A DNA stretch of 64,000 nucleotides from Phoronis australis (Eukaryota; Animalia; Phoronida): NCBI GenBank assembly GCA_002633005.1, contig NMRA01000074.1, forward strand, positions 1,049,417-1,113,416, in the 5' to 3' direction. The notes beneath the pieces were generated by a model that made no database searches, was not told the DNA's origin, and saw only the letters and a list, made by a program, of their open reading frames with translations. This document shows, piece by piece, positions 51,301 through 64,000 of the stretch. The stretch's first letter is position 1. Each line of letters begins with the position of its first letter. The position numbers and the translations under genes were made by a program.

Positions 51301-54300
51301 AGATATCCCCATGTCGCTTATATAAGGCCTTATCCTGCATTCACACAAATGCGCAAAGAAATTTCATAATTCAGTTCATGTATACATTTTCAAAAAACTA
51401 GAATATGTCTGAGGAATTCGAATTTTGACTTAAATAACAAACTGTCATTAATTTGGTCACGTGACCACGTCTTTTAGTAAAGTGTAAAAACATTCTAAAA
51501 GCAATTCCTAACAACACTTTAACCAGGGCTCTAAGCATTGCTAATTTCTAAGCGCTTGAACATAAGAATCCAACCAGTTATTTGAGATATAATGATCCGA
51601 AGTTATACCCAAATTTGCAAATTTCCGAAGGGCTTTTCGGAATAACTGACCGAAAGAAATGTGCAAATGCTCACGTGTACGTCAGGGTAGTTAGAAGCCG
51701 CAGGTGGCCAATGGAAATATTAGTCGGTGTCTCTCACGCCTGACAACAATAAATCTCGCTCGATCATTGTAACCGTATCGTAAAGTTCACAATACACTGA
51801 ACAGTTGCCTCAATGCATTCAGATGACCCATATAGAGCTACGTGGATCGTTTACTCTCCCTGATAGAGTCAGCCATGTAACCTATACAATATGCACAAGT
51901 ATTAACATTCATGGGGCTATGGGGAGAAACCTCGCGGAACACAGTTTGGCCTGATTTTGCCATATGTGTAACTCAACATGAAATGAATGTACTCGCGAAG
52001 TGCAGACACAATATTTACCGCCTATTATGTATAATTTCGACAACGGCGCAGACCTGGTGACGCCATTCAAAGTTAATGAGGCCACTAACAACAATGAGTC
52101 AACGCGCAAACATAATCGTGTTTGTGCACGGCATATTTGACTATAATATCTTTGGTATGGACCCTGTTGTTGTCTTATTAACTAATTAGGCGCAGTGAAT
52201 TTAAGGTTTAGAAGGACCCCAGAAATGAATGTGCTGGTTGGCTTATTTCGGAACATCATATCTCAGGCTTTGGTGATCGGATTGATATGAAACTTTTCGA
52301 TATACTATGCTTTATGCATTTTGTCACAGATTGTTTTTACTGTGATTCAGTGACACATGATGGGTTATGATTTCTTTGATAAAATCAAAAGTTGCATAAA
52401 ACGAAATTATAACTTTGAAAACTGTAAGAGCGTTTTTGAGATTTCCTGTATATTTACAGTAAACAAATGTACCTTTCCTTTTTGCTAAATTTTACTAAAC
52501 GTGATCCAGTTGATGCCAGTTTGGTATGAAGTCAAACATAAAATTATACTTTCAGAAAGTATATACTTTCTGAAACAAAATCTATAGGTATTCGGCCAAA
52601 TGCACGCTTGCCTTAAAGGTCCAACGTAACCTAACGACAAATTTCTGTAATTTAGGACTATAATTTTTCTGTGCTGAAGTACGCGTGTTTGGAACTGAGG
52701 TTGTTTACATTTTTATCCGGGTATGTTTCCTTACAGCACTTGATGTAGAGCAATTTAAATGTAGAAAAAATTGAAACACCCAAACAGGCATGTTAACGCC
52801 AACACTTGCGGGATAATAACTCAAGCCGAGCTCGTAGGTCATCGCCTCCGCCTAACTTAACATTACATGGGCAGATTTGGGGGCACAGGGGGTCCGCCGA
52901 ACGCCCCCCCCCCCCTCTCCTTTCCTTCAGATATCAAAAAATAAATACACCGCAGCATGCGACATCAGTCAGGGACCATGGAGGCGTTTTCTTTCGAAAA
53001 AAATTCAGGTTGTGTACCACCCACCTCCCCCTCACGACATCCTGGATCAGCCAGTGCATTAAGTTAAAAGAACCGTGTACTTCGCCGTCTGTGAGTTGTA
53101 CCTCACGACGTTGAACACAAATTCACATAAATATCCTAATGGGCTGCAACACACGTTTGAGGCAACGGATTTTTGTGAAGGACACTATTGCACTCACCTA
53201 TTCACAACATGTCAGTGTAAATTAATCATTCAACCACGACAGCGTCGTATTAAAATCGCATGCGTTATTTCGCGGCTGGCGTTATCGGGTTACGGGTCGT
53301 TCGGTAATAAATACTTTTGTTCACGTCAAGCCAAATTCCACTTCGTTTCGCCCTCTTTCAGTTTGTTGTCAATGTAGACTTCTTTAACCGAAACTTTTGA
53401 GTTTTGAAACATTGCCACCCGCAGCCGATCTGGAATTGCTCCCAGATGGCCGGCAACTCAAGTCATGAGCAATGCGGAGACTACACATGTACCATTTTAA
53501 AATTCGCAATTTTAGAGTAGGGCTTCAAACCGGTTCCCAAAAGCCCGGACCAGTGTAATAAGCCACTGTTACCAATTGTACTTCAACGAAGTGCATTGAC
53601 CTCGAGCAGGTCATGCTGACCTCATTCCATCCACAAGCATTGTGGGAGTTTCAAAAGGATGTTGACATGCTTGACATTTTTGTGAATGTAGATAAATAAG
53701 TAACCTACCCCGGCTAACGATGACAGAATGCACCAGACTGGCAAACAACAGAGAGAGATGGAGGTCCATTTCACGTCGACCTCAAAAGAGATGACACCCG
53801 TTGATGATGACCCCGGCCAACGGCAATCTCAAAGCGTTGACTATGCCAAGTCCCTATGTAGCTTTGTTAACGCCAGGGCCGTCATGTTCAGATAGAAACC
53901 GTCTGTTTTCCCGAGCCTGTGTTACATGTTTAGTTTGCCACTTGGCCTAAACGGGCTTCCACGCCCTTGGACCCCTCCCCTAGCTGGATCTTCCGCAGGC
54001 TACTCGAAAGCACGGCCAATCACGGACCAATAAATTCAGTTTCCCGACTCACAAGGCACGTGCTCGCACTCCCAAAACACGCTTGTGTACCTAAAACGCA
54101 TGACAGCGGACTCACACATGCGCGCACCCAGGGGGTGGGCAAAAAGGTCAGCCTCAGAGAAAAAAAGGCCAAGAAAACGAGACGAAAGTCCACTAAAAAG
54201 GCGCAAGTTACGCGCAATTCACAGCTGTGGACGTGGTACCCCGTTTTTTTAGTCGTTCGGGTTTTTTGTTGGTAAGACGTCCAGATCGTCGGAAATTCGA

Positions 54301-55679
54301 GCCCCGCCCCCCATATTAAAGGCTGGGCGCGCTCATGTCACACCATAAGCACGGCTTGGCATGACTGTAAACTGCGGCTCCGTTGGTCATACGTGGGAGT
54401 GAGTGGATATGAGTTCGTGAGTTGTGCTTTATGGATGGTCAGGTGTAGTGTTAAATGTAGGTACGCAGTATACAAGTACGCCTAGGAATTTTTCTGCACC
54501 TTTTTGAACGCTCATATGTTTCGGCGGTAAGTGGTTGGTCTCTGATGCGTCTGTCAGACAATAAAGTTATATTCCAGAGAGCCCGTTCCAAGAAACTGAC
54601 TTAAGTTCAATTTTTACTTAAGTCTAAAATTTGTCCTAACTTCCAAACTTCCATATCTGGTAAGATGGTCGAAATTAAGACAAAGCATATTTCAAAAACT
54701 TAAGTCAAACTGAAGATCTCTTTATTGAAACGGTTTTGAGACATATATGAAATTTATATCAACATTCAGTAAAATTTAAGATTTGTATTAGCTGAGTCAC
54801 TTTTGCTGGAACGGGCCCCAGAGCAATAAATGGGTTGACACATGTTTGTTTACGACTGGACTATAGCTAGTGGGCGCTCTAGTTTGGTTTTTTGATCCCT
54901 TTCAAGTTTGCTTTATCTTAGCAGGAATATCAAAATGATACAACAACGCAATTGTCAAGTGTGTTCATTCTTTGTGCAAGAACATCGGTGAAGTAGCTAT
55001 ACTCCATAAAGACTTCTCTCGTTGGTTCAGGTGCGTCATGTTTGGAAACGGCGCTGTATGTCACATTAAAACGTACAAACTCGGTTTCCAACAATACTGT
55101 TTCTTTGAAGCAGAACACATATTACCCTGTTAGGGCGTTCAGGTGCATTTGTCATGATATTTCCAACACACTTTACCAATGCAAGGCTCACATAGAAGAC
55201 GTGGATGGCCAATACATTTAGTTTTTCAACTGTCTCCACCTTTTACACGTTACATATGACGAAAAGCACGCGGCTACTTGGTCGTATCGATCGCTAAAAC
55301 CAGCGTATCAAAATTAAGGAAAAGAGTGATTTCGGCCTACTAGTGCATTGACACCCCACTACACGACAGCCGTGTTCAGAGAGCGCAGACAAACGTTTAT
55401 GAGACCGGCAGTCAACTGACGTTACAGGTCAGCTAGCCATGATCATAAGTGCGTGTGTCGTGTTGTTCGGGTAGCCTGGGCCTAACAAGCTTGAATGACG
55501 ATCGAGCGCAACTCTCCATTTCTTACAAGCGTCTAGAAATTGCAGTAAAATATTGGACATTTTGAACAAGAAACGAAGCGTTAACAAGTCAATTCGGTCG
55601 TCATCTATCAAGTATACGAGAATGTTCGCCTTTTAAAATTGATAAAGAGACACTCACCTACAGACGCAGAGCGCACCAT
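36352..55679 (-). CDS. PLCD: phosphoinositide phospholipase C delta-like, tandem copy A (759 aa; PH-EF-X-Y-C2)
   Basis: Exons (minus, all GT-AG, phases consistent): 55658-55679 (ATG), 50352-50495, 49343-49428, 48815-48978, 47596-47725, 46525-46643, 45726-45889, 44835-44952, 44304-44389, 43478-43598, 42711-42879, 40600-40813, 40227-40406, 39650-39754, 39286-39350, 37953-38085, 37208-37357, 36352-36461 (TGA); total 2280 nt. Motifs: [74 protein letters not shown]. The first exon is less certain than the rest. Confidence 0.93.
42001..42077 (-). mobile_element. probable 3' tail of a CR1/L2-type LINE or SINE with (TAAA)n end
   Basis: (ttta)n run followed by agggtagccccatcagtt..gctttccatgggggccc, a short stem-forming tail typical of L2-like 3' ends. 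Confidence 0.4.
42382..42594. mobile_element. Tc1/mariner-pogo-type MITE with 24-bp perfect TIRs and TA TSD, inserted in a degenerate (GTAA)n tract
   Basis: TA-CCGTAATCGTTCGGGTTAACGCCC ... GGGCGTTAACCCGAACGATTACGG-TA, with internal repeats of TTAACCGCCC. Confidence 0.85.
47245..47574. mobile_element. TTAA-flanked MITE; relatives near 20500-20640, 51400-51660 and 52205-52632
   Basis: TTAA-GGTTAGAGTACCCC ... GGGGTACAGTAAGC-TTAA. The palindrome TGGTCACGTGACCA also occurs at about 51454. Confidence 0.7.
50709..50742 (-). CDS. alternative (proximal) first coding exon of PLC copy [12 protein letters not shown]
   Basis: ATG plus 11 codons, then G|GTAAGA. This phase-1 donor is compatible with the acceptor at 50495. 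TATAA-like motif about 70 nt upstream (50811-50815). Confidence 0.6.
54579..54818. mobile_element. PIF/Harbinger-like MITE
   Basis: GAGCCCGTTCCAAGAAACTGACTTA ... TGAGTCACTTTTGCTGGAACGGGCCC, flanked by CAG on both sides. Confidence 0.55.
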
Positions 55680-58600
55680 CTTACCGCGGACAGTCACTGA
55701 GTAAGTGACCGGCTTGGTTGGTTTGCGCATGCGTGTTATCTATTTTTGTTGATCACAGCGGCAGAATAAAACGGATCCAGTGTTAGGAGTCAGAAACACG
55801 GTGTGTCTACGCTGGATCTCCTGGGCACCGTGACTTTGACTCGTCGCAATCCAGTTAAAGTTGAAATTCGTTCCGCGTTATTAAATGATTGAAGTCGTGA
55901 ACTATGTCTACTTCATATAAATCGTTTGCGACCTTGGGCCTGAATGGCAGAAAGGCCACCGGGAGCCAGGCTGGAGGGACCGTTAGTCCAGGTGTAACCT
56001 TCAGTCACACTGGTTAACACCGAACAACAGTATATTAAATCGTATGATTTAGCACAAAATACTTCCACTGTTCTTGACTACGAATTCCTCACTAGAACTC
56101 CTAGGCTCACAATGCGGAGCGCGACAGTGACGACTAGCCCAGGTAAACATACACTCTACAATGGTCGGCTCCAGTAGCTACAATTAGTCGATAGTCCGCG
56201 ATACCTTATCAAAAGCTTAATTCCTCGTTCGATTGTTGATTTGCCTGTATACATAAAGCTCATTAGCCAATGAAGTTTAAGCTGTGTGATTGCCAAACTA
56301 GTCAATAGGTTAACGGTAAATCCCCGGCATGAGTCAGAAACATTCACCTGCTGGTGTGTCCCGAAGTAACCTTCAATCTCTAGATCAACACATTGAACTG
56401 AGGATCATCGAGCTTTTAGTTAAGAACAATGACTGTTTGGTTGGGCGCAAAATAGTATCAGAGCGCGATAACCTATTTTTACACCTTCCTGGGGATGCGT
56501 TTAGGCACTGCCGAGTTCGCACATCCCACGTAGCGCTAATTAAGCTGGGCGGAAATCGCCCTGGTAAATCCTTTCGTTGAAGGAATCGTTGGATCTTCGG
56601 TCCGTAATTTTATCGTATGAAATTAAAAGCGTTAATTTTACTGGCCGTGCAAAAAATGTTTAATTTGTTTTCATTTTTGGGTTGCTATGAACGATGTCGC
56701 CGTCTATGGGGCTTTAAAGAAAATGACAGGGCAGAGTTGTAACAGTAAGCTTATCGACATTTTAATTCGTTTTTACAAACAAAATCCACATCTCAGGGGA
56801 AATCATTGGTTTTAAGTAACGGCCCTGTCTACCGTGTACTACTTAGCTTAAAATTTCGCCAGTTTCTATTGGAAAAGTGGTCATTTCTACAAGAAGTTTT
56901 TCGGGTTTTTCGAGTGGCCCGCTTTTTTGATACAGTCTGGATAAACAACTCTAGACCGCCGGGTAACTCAATATTGCATATTTTATATTCATATATATCG
57001 AAATACGTCAATATTATTATAAACTGTGGCCAGTTTACATTGGTCATAAAATGAGACCACGAAATACCCGAGGCCCATAATACACCTGTTTGCGCCGATA
57101 CGATATTCATTTATAAGAACTTTCTGCATCGTTTATTCAACAGATGTCGCTCCCTGGGCTACTGACAACCTATTTGACGACTTTTTCAACGAAATCAAAC
57201 ACTAAATCTTCAACAAATAACAGAGCACCTGTACACGATGTGTAGACAGTCATTACGCTCAGGGTTTAGTTTCGTCTTGGTATTCCATATGGATATTGAT
57301 GAGATCTTTTTAAGTTAGAATGGTCTATACTTCCCCCGCTGAAATGGGAATACCGGAGCTTTCTGCAAACAGGGGCACCTTGAGATAACCCCCGGTGGGC
57401 GTATATCTAGAATACTTTCGGCAGAAACGCCCAAGACGCGCATTTGAGGAGCATATGCGTGCTTGAATCTTAAACGTCAATCAAATTCAGGGAAAACAGA
57501 CAAAGTAGATTTTCATCAATAAACTGTTATCTGTGGGCCCAATCAAACATCTATATGTCATGTATTCATCCTCAAAGATTTAATGTATGCGCCAGTTACA
57601 GTATTGATAAACCCCAGCGGTGACTTCTAAATATACTGCGGAGGTGATATATTTGGATTTTGGCATTTGGTCTCTAAGCTGATAATTTTAGAAGGAAAGA
57701 CTCGGGCTTGTCTGCACAAAACATCTGTCTGTTGCATATTTGGTTATAGTCTGTGGTTGGAAAGTTGAGTCGGTGGTGCAGTATTTTAGTTCCCCACGTT
57801 TTCAAAAAAATATTCACCAAACTCGAAGCGGAATTTGCTTTTTACTAATCGCTTGGAAAATCATGACGTTTCAAACCCCGCATACCGCTGTTGGTGTACC
57901 TTTGTGCGGTTTTTCAAAAAATGAACATGAAACTGCGGGTGGCATTAATGCGAGTGTATGTTTTCTCAGAGCCGTAGGAAGCGGGGGGGGNGGGGGGGGG
58001 GGGGGGGGGCGCACGGGCCCCCAAAAAAATTTTCAACCGTCAGGGTTAAACCGTGGCAACCGACATAGGCGTGGGGGCAGGGACAGTCGAGAAAAGAAAG
58101 ACTGCGAAATACGGGTAAGAGAGAAAATTCAAGAAGACATTTTAACAACTCTGCATCAGTGCATGGTTTACCTATTGAGGACCCTGACCAGGACATTGTT
58201 GTGGGGGTCTCCGCTTTTGCATCACAGGTCGCCTAAACGCACTCGAAAACGTACACGAAATCAACCATACATATATAATCAAAAAGTCGAGAAAATTTGT
58301 TAAGCGGAACTTTTGCAGAGCGTACTAATTTACTAAATTATCAAATTCAAAAAAAATTCAATTTTGCGAATGCAAAACTATATTTTTCCAGATGCTCCTC
58401 TCTGGCAAGGGATAACGGAGACAATTTTCGTTTTTTTTTCTCGAAACTGTATATTACTTGAAAAAAGTTGATGACCTGACAGATAATTTCAATTGCTGCG
58501 CATTTCCCGATATTTGAAAATACAGATATTTTCATATTTAGGGGCCCCGCCCTTGAAGGAGGCCATTGATGGCATTCAAGTGTCCACCCTTTTTGTGTTT

Positions 58601-60361
58601 TTGTTGACAAAATCTTGAGGAGCCGCTCACGGAGAGAGGGCCCAATGTTGGAATCGATAACCTCTATTTTCCTATTTTTGTGAAATCCTGCAACCGACTG
58701 TCATGTTGAAGGAAGTCACTCCCAGCATCGTTTTGGGACCACGTGACGGTGGAATGCACTGTCATTCTTTTTTCCAAGCTTAATGATTTTTAGCCTTTCA
58801 TCTTAAGGTGTCCTATTTCAGACGGTACCCTCTCTCGGTGGATCAGTTTGGGGGGAAATGTCCCTTTGTCCCTCTATACATGTAAATCCGACACCGCCAA
58901 GTATTCACGATTCCAAATTCATCAAAAAAACACAAAACATTCGTGCACAGCACAGCCATTCGACCCAAACCACCAAAAATGTGAAAAAATACAGTAGGAT
59001 TGCCGCCATCGAAAGGGTGGAATTTTGAAAAACGTGAAGACCACTATTTGTGAATTACACAAAAGGACTATTTCCGATGGTTAGTTATAAAATAATGTTA
59101 CTGTTTGCCGTAGTATTACAACAATGGTATCTCTTTTGAAGATGGTTACTATGAGTAGTTTGTAAGGAATTCCCACATGTGGAACACACTGCTGTCTAGG
59201 CTACTATTTGTGATGACCGTGTACATGTCGAAAGGTGTACTCAAAGAACTCTCACAATCATAAACAAAGATTCCAGCGTTTTTCTTTTGTCAGTGGAGTT
59301 CAAGTTTACCTCGTGAACCGTAATAGGTACGAATGCTCCATCTCCCATATCCCCCCGATACCCATCAAAAGTCTGCAAGCATGCATGCGGAATTGCTTAT
59401 AACATTTCGTTTTGATTAACAAATTCGTTGGTTTTTGATTCACTTATTTAAGTATCTGCAAAAATCGATAGATTCATAGATAATTTTGACAATTAAAAGC
59501 TAATCTTGTAAGAATTGACGATGTTTTAGTGATTTTAATTGCAGCTTGAAGTTGGAAAGACTCTATAATCCGATCCCCCAATAGTAAAGTACATTTTTGA
59601 CGACTTTTGCATATCTAAAATAACTCTCAAAGACATTCATGAAATTCGGACTCATAAACCGTAGATAGAAAAATTGTTTTAAAAATCCTTAAATAAAATT
59701 AAACTCATTGCTTGGAATGGTTGTCTTTGTACTTCCTTGGTGTTTTAGTTTCCAGTAGTTGAGCAATGAATTTTTGTTCTTCAAAACTGAATTGATTGCT
59801 TGTCTTGATTCGCGTGCACGTCATGACTGACGTTACCACGTTAAAAATAAGATGTAATCATGCAGCAGGCCCGCGCAAAATCTTTGATCCACAGGAACTA
59901 AATTTGAACTCCAGGCGTTCAGGAAGTGTGTACATTTTTGGGACACTCTATCCTTTTCTCCCAGCAACCAGAAACTGGACGTGTTTCAACTCCAGATGTA
60001 GGCATTTTGAAACAGCCCAAAAGGCACTATACCAGGGACTTCGGTACCTCACTCCTTCAAAGAATGACCATGATAAAATAAAGTTTTCCCGAAACTGGAT
60101 CACAATAACACGAATATTGACCTTAGAGTGAGCGCACACCGCCGATTCGAGCCGCCTGTCTCAAGTGAATCACAGCTGAGCTGACCAGCAACTAGCTTTA
60201 GTCCATGGGGAATTTCGAATTTTCACACTGTTAGATCTCAGCTATAGCTACTTGAGGCAGCTCCTCGATATCGGTCAGCGTCCTGGTCCTAGGCCCATTC
60301 TTACTCTCTTTCTTGGTTCACGGTTACTCAACTCTTCATGGCTTCATCCCCGGGATTGTGC

Positions 60362-60515
60362 CAGGGGCGGATTCAGGATATTGAGTTGGGTGGGTAGAGC
60401 AGAGTATTAGCCAGGGTTTTACCCGTCAGAAATTCGCACCCCCGAACTGCCAAATGGAATCTGGGAGAATTTTAGGGGGGCCATGGCCCCTTGGCCACCC
60501 CTAAATCCACCACTG
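60362..60515. mobile_element. short hAT-like MITE
   Basis: CAGGGGCGGATTCAGG ... CCTAAATCCACCACTG inverted termini; no clear TSD. Confidence 0.45.
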
Positions 60516-60695
60516 TGCCCCCACCTAGGGCGGACGTGGGAGATTCGTAGCAAATATGGTGGCATCGGGAACACGGGGGCGAGGGGACGGGGGGNTAGCA
60601 ACGGGTTCACCTTTGGCTCCCATATTAGGCGGCATGTTTTTAGGTCACCATTAGAAGACATGGATTGAGACGCACACTAGCTGGTCCTCATGCAT

Positions 60696-61080
60696 GTCTA
60701 TTTCTATCGACGACATTTAGATGATGTGTTTTGTATTTTTGAAAGTCAGCAGCCAGCCCAGGAATTTTTGGTGTATTGAAACTCGAGGCATCCTAACTTG
60801 AAATTCCGCATAGAATTAGAGGTCGACAACAATTAGTTAGTGGAGCGTGATGATACCTCAGTAGTAACATCAGTCTTCCATAACAAGACCTACACAGGAC
60901 TGTACACTTGTTTTCACAGCTTCACATCCTTTGTTTACAAAGTAGGTCTCATTGAAACTGTAATAGACAGGGTATATCGCATTAACAATATTAAAGAACT
61001 TACAACAAATTTACAAAAGAATGGCTATCCCCTGGAATTAGTCAATAGGGAACTGAAAGCAAGACTCCAACGTAACCCTG
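60696..61080 (+). pseudogene. Penelope-like retroelement reverse-transcriptase fragment
   Basis: FYRRHLDDVFCIF..FLVY*NSRHPNLKFRIELE..TSVFHNKTYTGLY..FHSF..YKVGLIETVIDRVYRI..LQKNGYP matches the PLE RT YVDD-to-thumb region (NGYP motif). Confidence 0.85.
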
Positions 61081-63316
61081 ATGACATTCATCCTGTCATT
61101 ACGGCATTTTCCCGTTGCTCCAAACTTGTTCGATTCTATAGCCCAACTGAACAAGTTAGGAAGTTTACCCCTGTAGCCAATACATAACGCGAAGTTGTCG
61201 TGAGAACTCGATTGGGACCTCAGGGGTCTCACGCTCCACCGGCTAAATTGAAAAGGCTTTTTCCAGTCACGCGTTGTGGGTAATAAATCGAGATAATGAT
61301 ACCAACAGCTGACGCGACAAGCAGAACTACTTTCTTTTACTTCATTTGTGCACTAACTGGAGAAATTTAGAATTAGAGTTTTAAACACTATCCGATCGTC
61401 AACTTTTTTCGGGAGACTTAAATCTCAATGTAGTTTGCGCAAAGACGATGTGCAATTTTTGGAGGTGTATTGACGATGATCAACGTTAAAACGGAGAGCA
61501 AATAGTTGCGTAATTGATCATCCAATCGGTAGTTTTGCGAGAAAGCGACGACCTTGCCGAAATTGAATAACGGAAACCCTTGAAAATCATTATAAGCGAG
61601 AAAAAGAAAACAAATATTTTCTGACGTTTAGGCTAATTAACTTTGAGTAAACGAAACGTCGCAAATATGTTCCGTCTTCTCTTGCGCGCTCAGTGTTATG
61701 GCTAAAAATCGAGTTAGGAAACATCTAGACTAAAATCTTGATGGTATCTTATTTTGCCAGCGACCATACACGGTATAAAAATGAATGAAAAGCTGAATTA
61801 GGCAAAACTTGACTTGCTGGAATTCTCGTCAAGGAACGCATAAATATCACCATCATCTTCATGTCAAAATTACGAACTAAAACTCGAGGGGGAGGGCACG
61901 AACCTTACATCCTGGTACGCGTTTTCGTTAACGAACTTCAAAAAATAGAGCATGGTGGAGTGTTTGAAAGAGCCAAAATCCATCCAAGTCGGAGTGGCCA
62001 TAACGGAGCGATATGGAGATTTTAAATGACGTGATTCATCCATTTTTGCAGTTGCTGTTTACCTAAATTAACTGGCACAGAAAAAATGACTTAGGCCTAC
62101 AGTACGATTTTCTGAAACGTATCTCAGCGAAATCGTCAAAGAAAAAAACGCCACTTGCCACCTAAAACGGACAAAAACAACCAAAGCGCGCAACGCGTCG
62201 CTTACCTGAAAAAGTAACCCTTTCACTTGTTGTTTGTGGTTAAACATGTGATGTGTACCCATATTTTTGGTCGTGGCACCCTACAACGGGCTACTACTTC
62301 AAATGACACGTATATATTGTCGATGTCAAAATTTAACTGCCCCACCGGTTCCCAGGGTTTCATGTTTTGTAATTTAAAATGATTGCATAAACTTAGGAAT
62401 AAATGCGAATTACAGGCACTGCGTTCACAAAGAGTAAGAAAACAAAAACCCAGCGGCATACGATCACCTCGCTTTAACAATGCATTGTGCGCATTCCACA
62501 TAACTAGTAGGCCACTCTTCAGATTAGTGCTTGGGCAATGAAAATAAGTGTAAGATTTCGGAAGAGTGTAATATATATTGTACATGAGAATTTCAAACGT
62601 TAACATGACTAGTTGTTCATACTATGGGAAAAGCAATAAGGGACACAGGCACTAGCGATGATAAACTCTTCAGTATAAATATTACATTTCACAGGATGAG
62701 CAAAACATGCACTAAGCACTGTTGAGATAACCTACCGAAATCTTTTTAACTAACAATTATAAACTCTGCAATATAAACAATACACTTTATACAATGAACA
62801 TGTAACAAATATACACACCCAAATAGTGTTACATGCAATCCCTGATGAGATCATCCATAAGTATGAATCCTTCCATGTAAACAATAACTCACATGGTGAG
62901 AAAAATATTTAAAGTGGGACTTAACTACAACATACGAACCTTCAAAATTTGTGTCATAGCAGTACAAGGTTCTACTACTTGACAAAACACCATAAGTGAT
63001 ATAACTGCTGAGATCACTACCTTCAAGAGGAAATGTTATCAATATAATAATATGAAACATGGGTTTGAGCAAAGTACCGGTAGGTGCACAATACTGCTAT
63101 CCCTGGTGGAACCAGTCACTGAAAACCGCAATAAATTGCACACCTCACAAGATGACAATAATATGTATACAAGACTTCGCTTTTCAGGATAACCATGTGG
63201 AAATGACAGGGTCATTGCAGAACTTAGTAAAAAATCTGCATTTCAGCCTAAAAAACAACCATTTTCAAAACCACATCAGGAGTCACTGAATAAAAATACT
63301 AAAAAAGACAGTATGT

Positions 63317-63567
63317 AATTCATTTCTTGGGATGCAAACAATAACTATCCTAAACTGAAAAGATAAGTCATCCAAGGCTTGAAGAATATTCAAAATAGAT
63401 ACACTGGTTAAGCAATAAACTAGTAACAACAATAACGGACANAATTCATTTCTTGGGATGCAAACAATAACTATCCTAAACTGAAAAGATCAGTCATCCA
63501 AGGCTTGAAGAATATTCAAGATAGATACACTGGTTAAGCAATAAACTAGTAACAACAATAACGGACA
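63317..63567. repeat. 125-bp direct duplication separated by a single N (probable assembly overlap)
   Basis: 63317-63441 and 63443-63567 differ at two positions, with N at 63442. Confidence 0.85.
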
Positions 63568-64000
63568 CATCTCGCAATAAATACATCCCTAGTTTTATAG
63601 GAGTAAAACTAGCATTTCAAGCTCAACAATGCCCATACAACAAAAGCAGCTTACACATTTCCATAACCACACAGGCAATACTGGTGTGGTACATGAATGA
63701 GGTGCACATACTATGCATTCATACACATGTGAGTAGGACATTCTCACTGACCACAATGGTCAACAAAGCTGCATGCAGAATACTACCCTGCTGGCATCTC
63801 AAAGCATTTGATATACATAGAACATTGGAAATGAGTGGAGGGCACACTAATAAATGCCGCTCTGGCGGGGCCCTTAAATCCAGTAAGGTCATAAGCTGTT
63901 CAGCAGAAAAAGCAGCTTTTCAAACAAATTTCCAAACACAGTACAACACTTTCAAACACGATTAAGTGCCAAAAATACCGGAATTGATACCTGGGCCCTG

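Noticed and set aside
52550-52575. perfect 26-bp palindrome TTTCAGAAAGTATATACTTTCTGAAA
   Set aside because: It lies within a probable MITE and there is no independent evidence of function.
54523-54555. short inverted similarity to the distal first exon (GCGGTAAG..TGGT..CTCT..GCGTCTGT)
   Set aside because: Too short and gapped to distinguish from chance.
57740-58303. 187-aa ORF
   Set aside because: It runs through a poly-G tract containing an N at a probable MITE end, and has no recognisable domain.
63317-63567. 125-bp tandem duplication as a biological repeat
   Set aside because: The copies are joined by a single N and differ at two sites, typical of unmerged haplotype or contig overlap.

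Overview
Eukaryotic, intron-rich genomic DNA of moderate GC, most likely from a marine invertebrate. The window is dominated by two tandem, minus-strand phosphoinositide phospholipase C-delta-like genes (PH, EF-hand, X/Y catalytic barrel, C2). I rebuilt both exon by exon from GT-AG sites and phase continuity. Copy A spans 36352-55679 (18 coding exons, 759 aa, plus an alternative first exon). Copy B spans 3592-32188 (17 coding exons found, first coding exon unresolved). Both keep all canonical catalytic residues and have identical intron positions and phases. An uncharacterised ~459-aa plus-strand gene (1683-3062) converges on copy B. The introns hold many DNA-transposon relics. These include a 3.7-kb internally deleted Polinton/Maverick (AGTAGT-type termini, ~550-bp TIRs, CAGTTA TSD) that carries a pPolB fragment and an unknown cargo gene and is nested in a hairpin MITE. 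There is also a THAP-bearing Kolobok element with TTAA TSD, several TTAA-flanked MITEs, an IS3EU-type element with palindromic 21-bp subterminal arrays, and hAT, Tc1/pogo-type and Penelope fragments. I found no tRNA, rRNA or CRISPR array and no unequivocally new system. The best leads are the mini-Polinton with its cargo and the PLC tandem, where copy B may borrow its first exon from copy A. All family assignments come from recalled motifs, not database searches.
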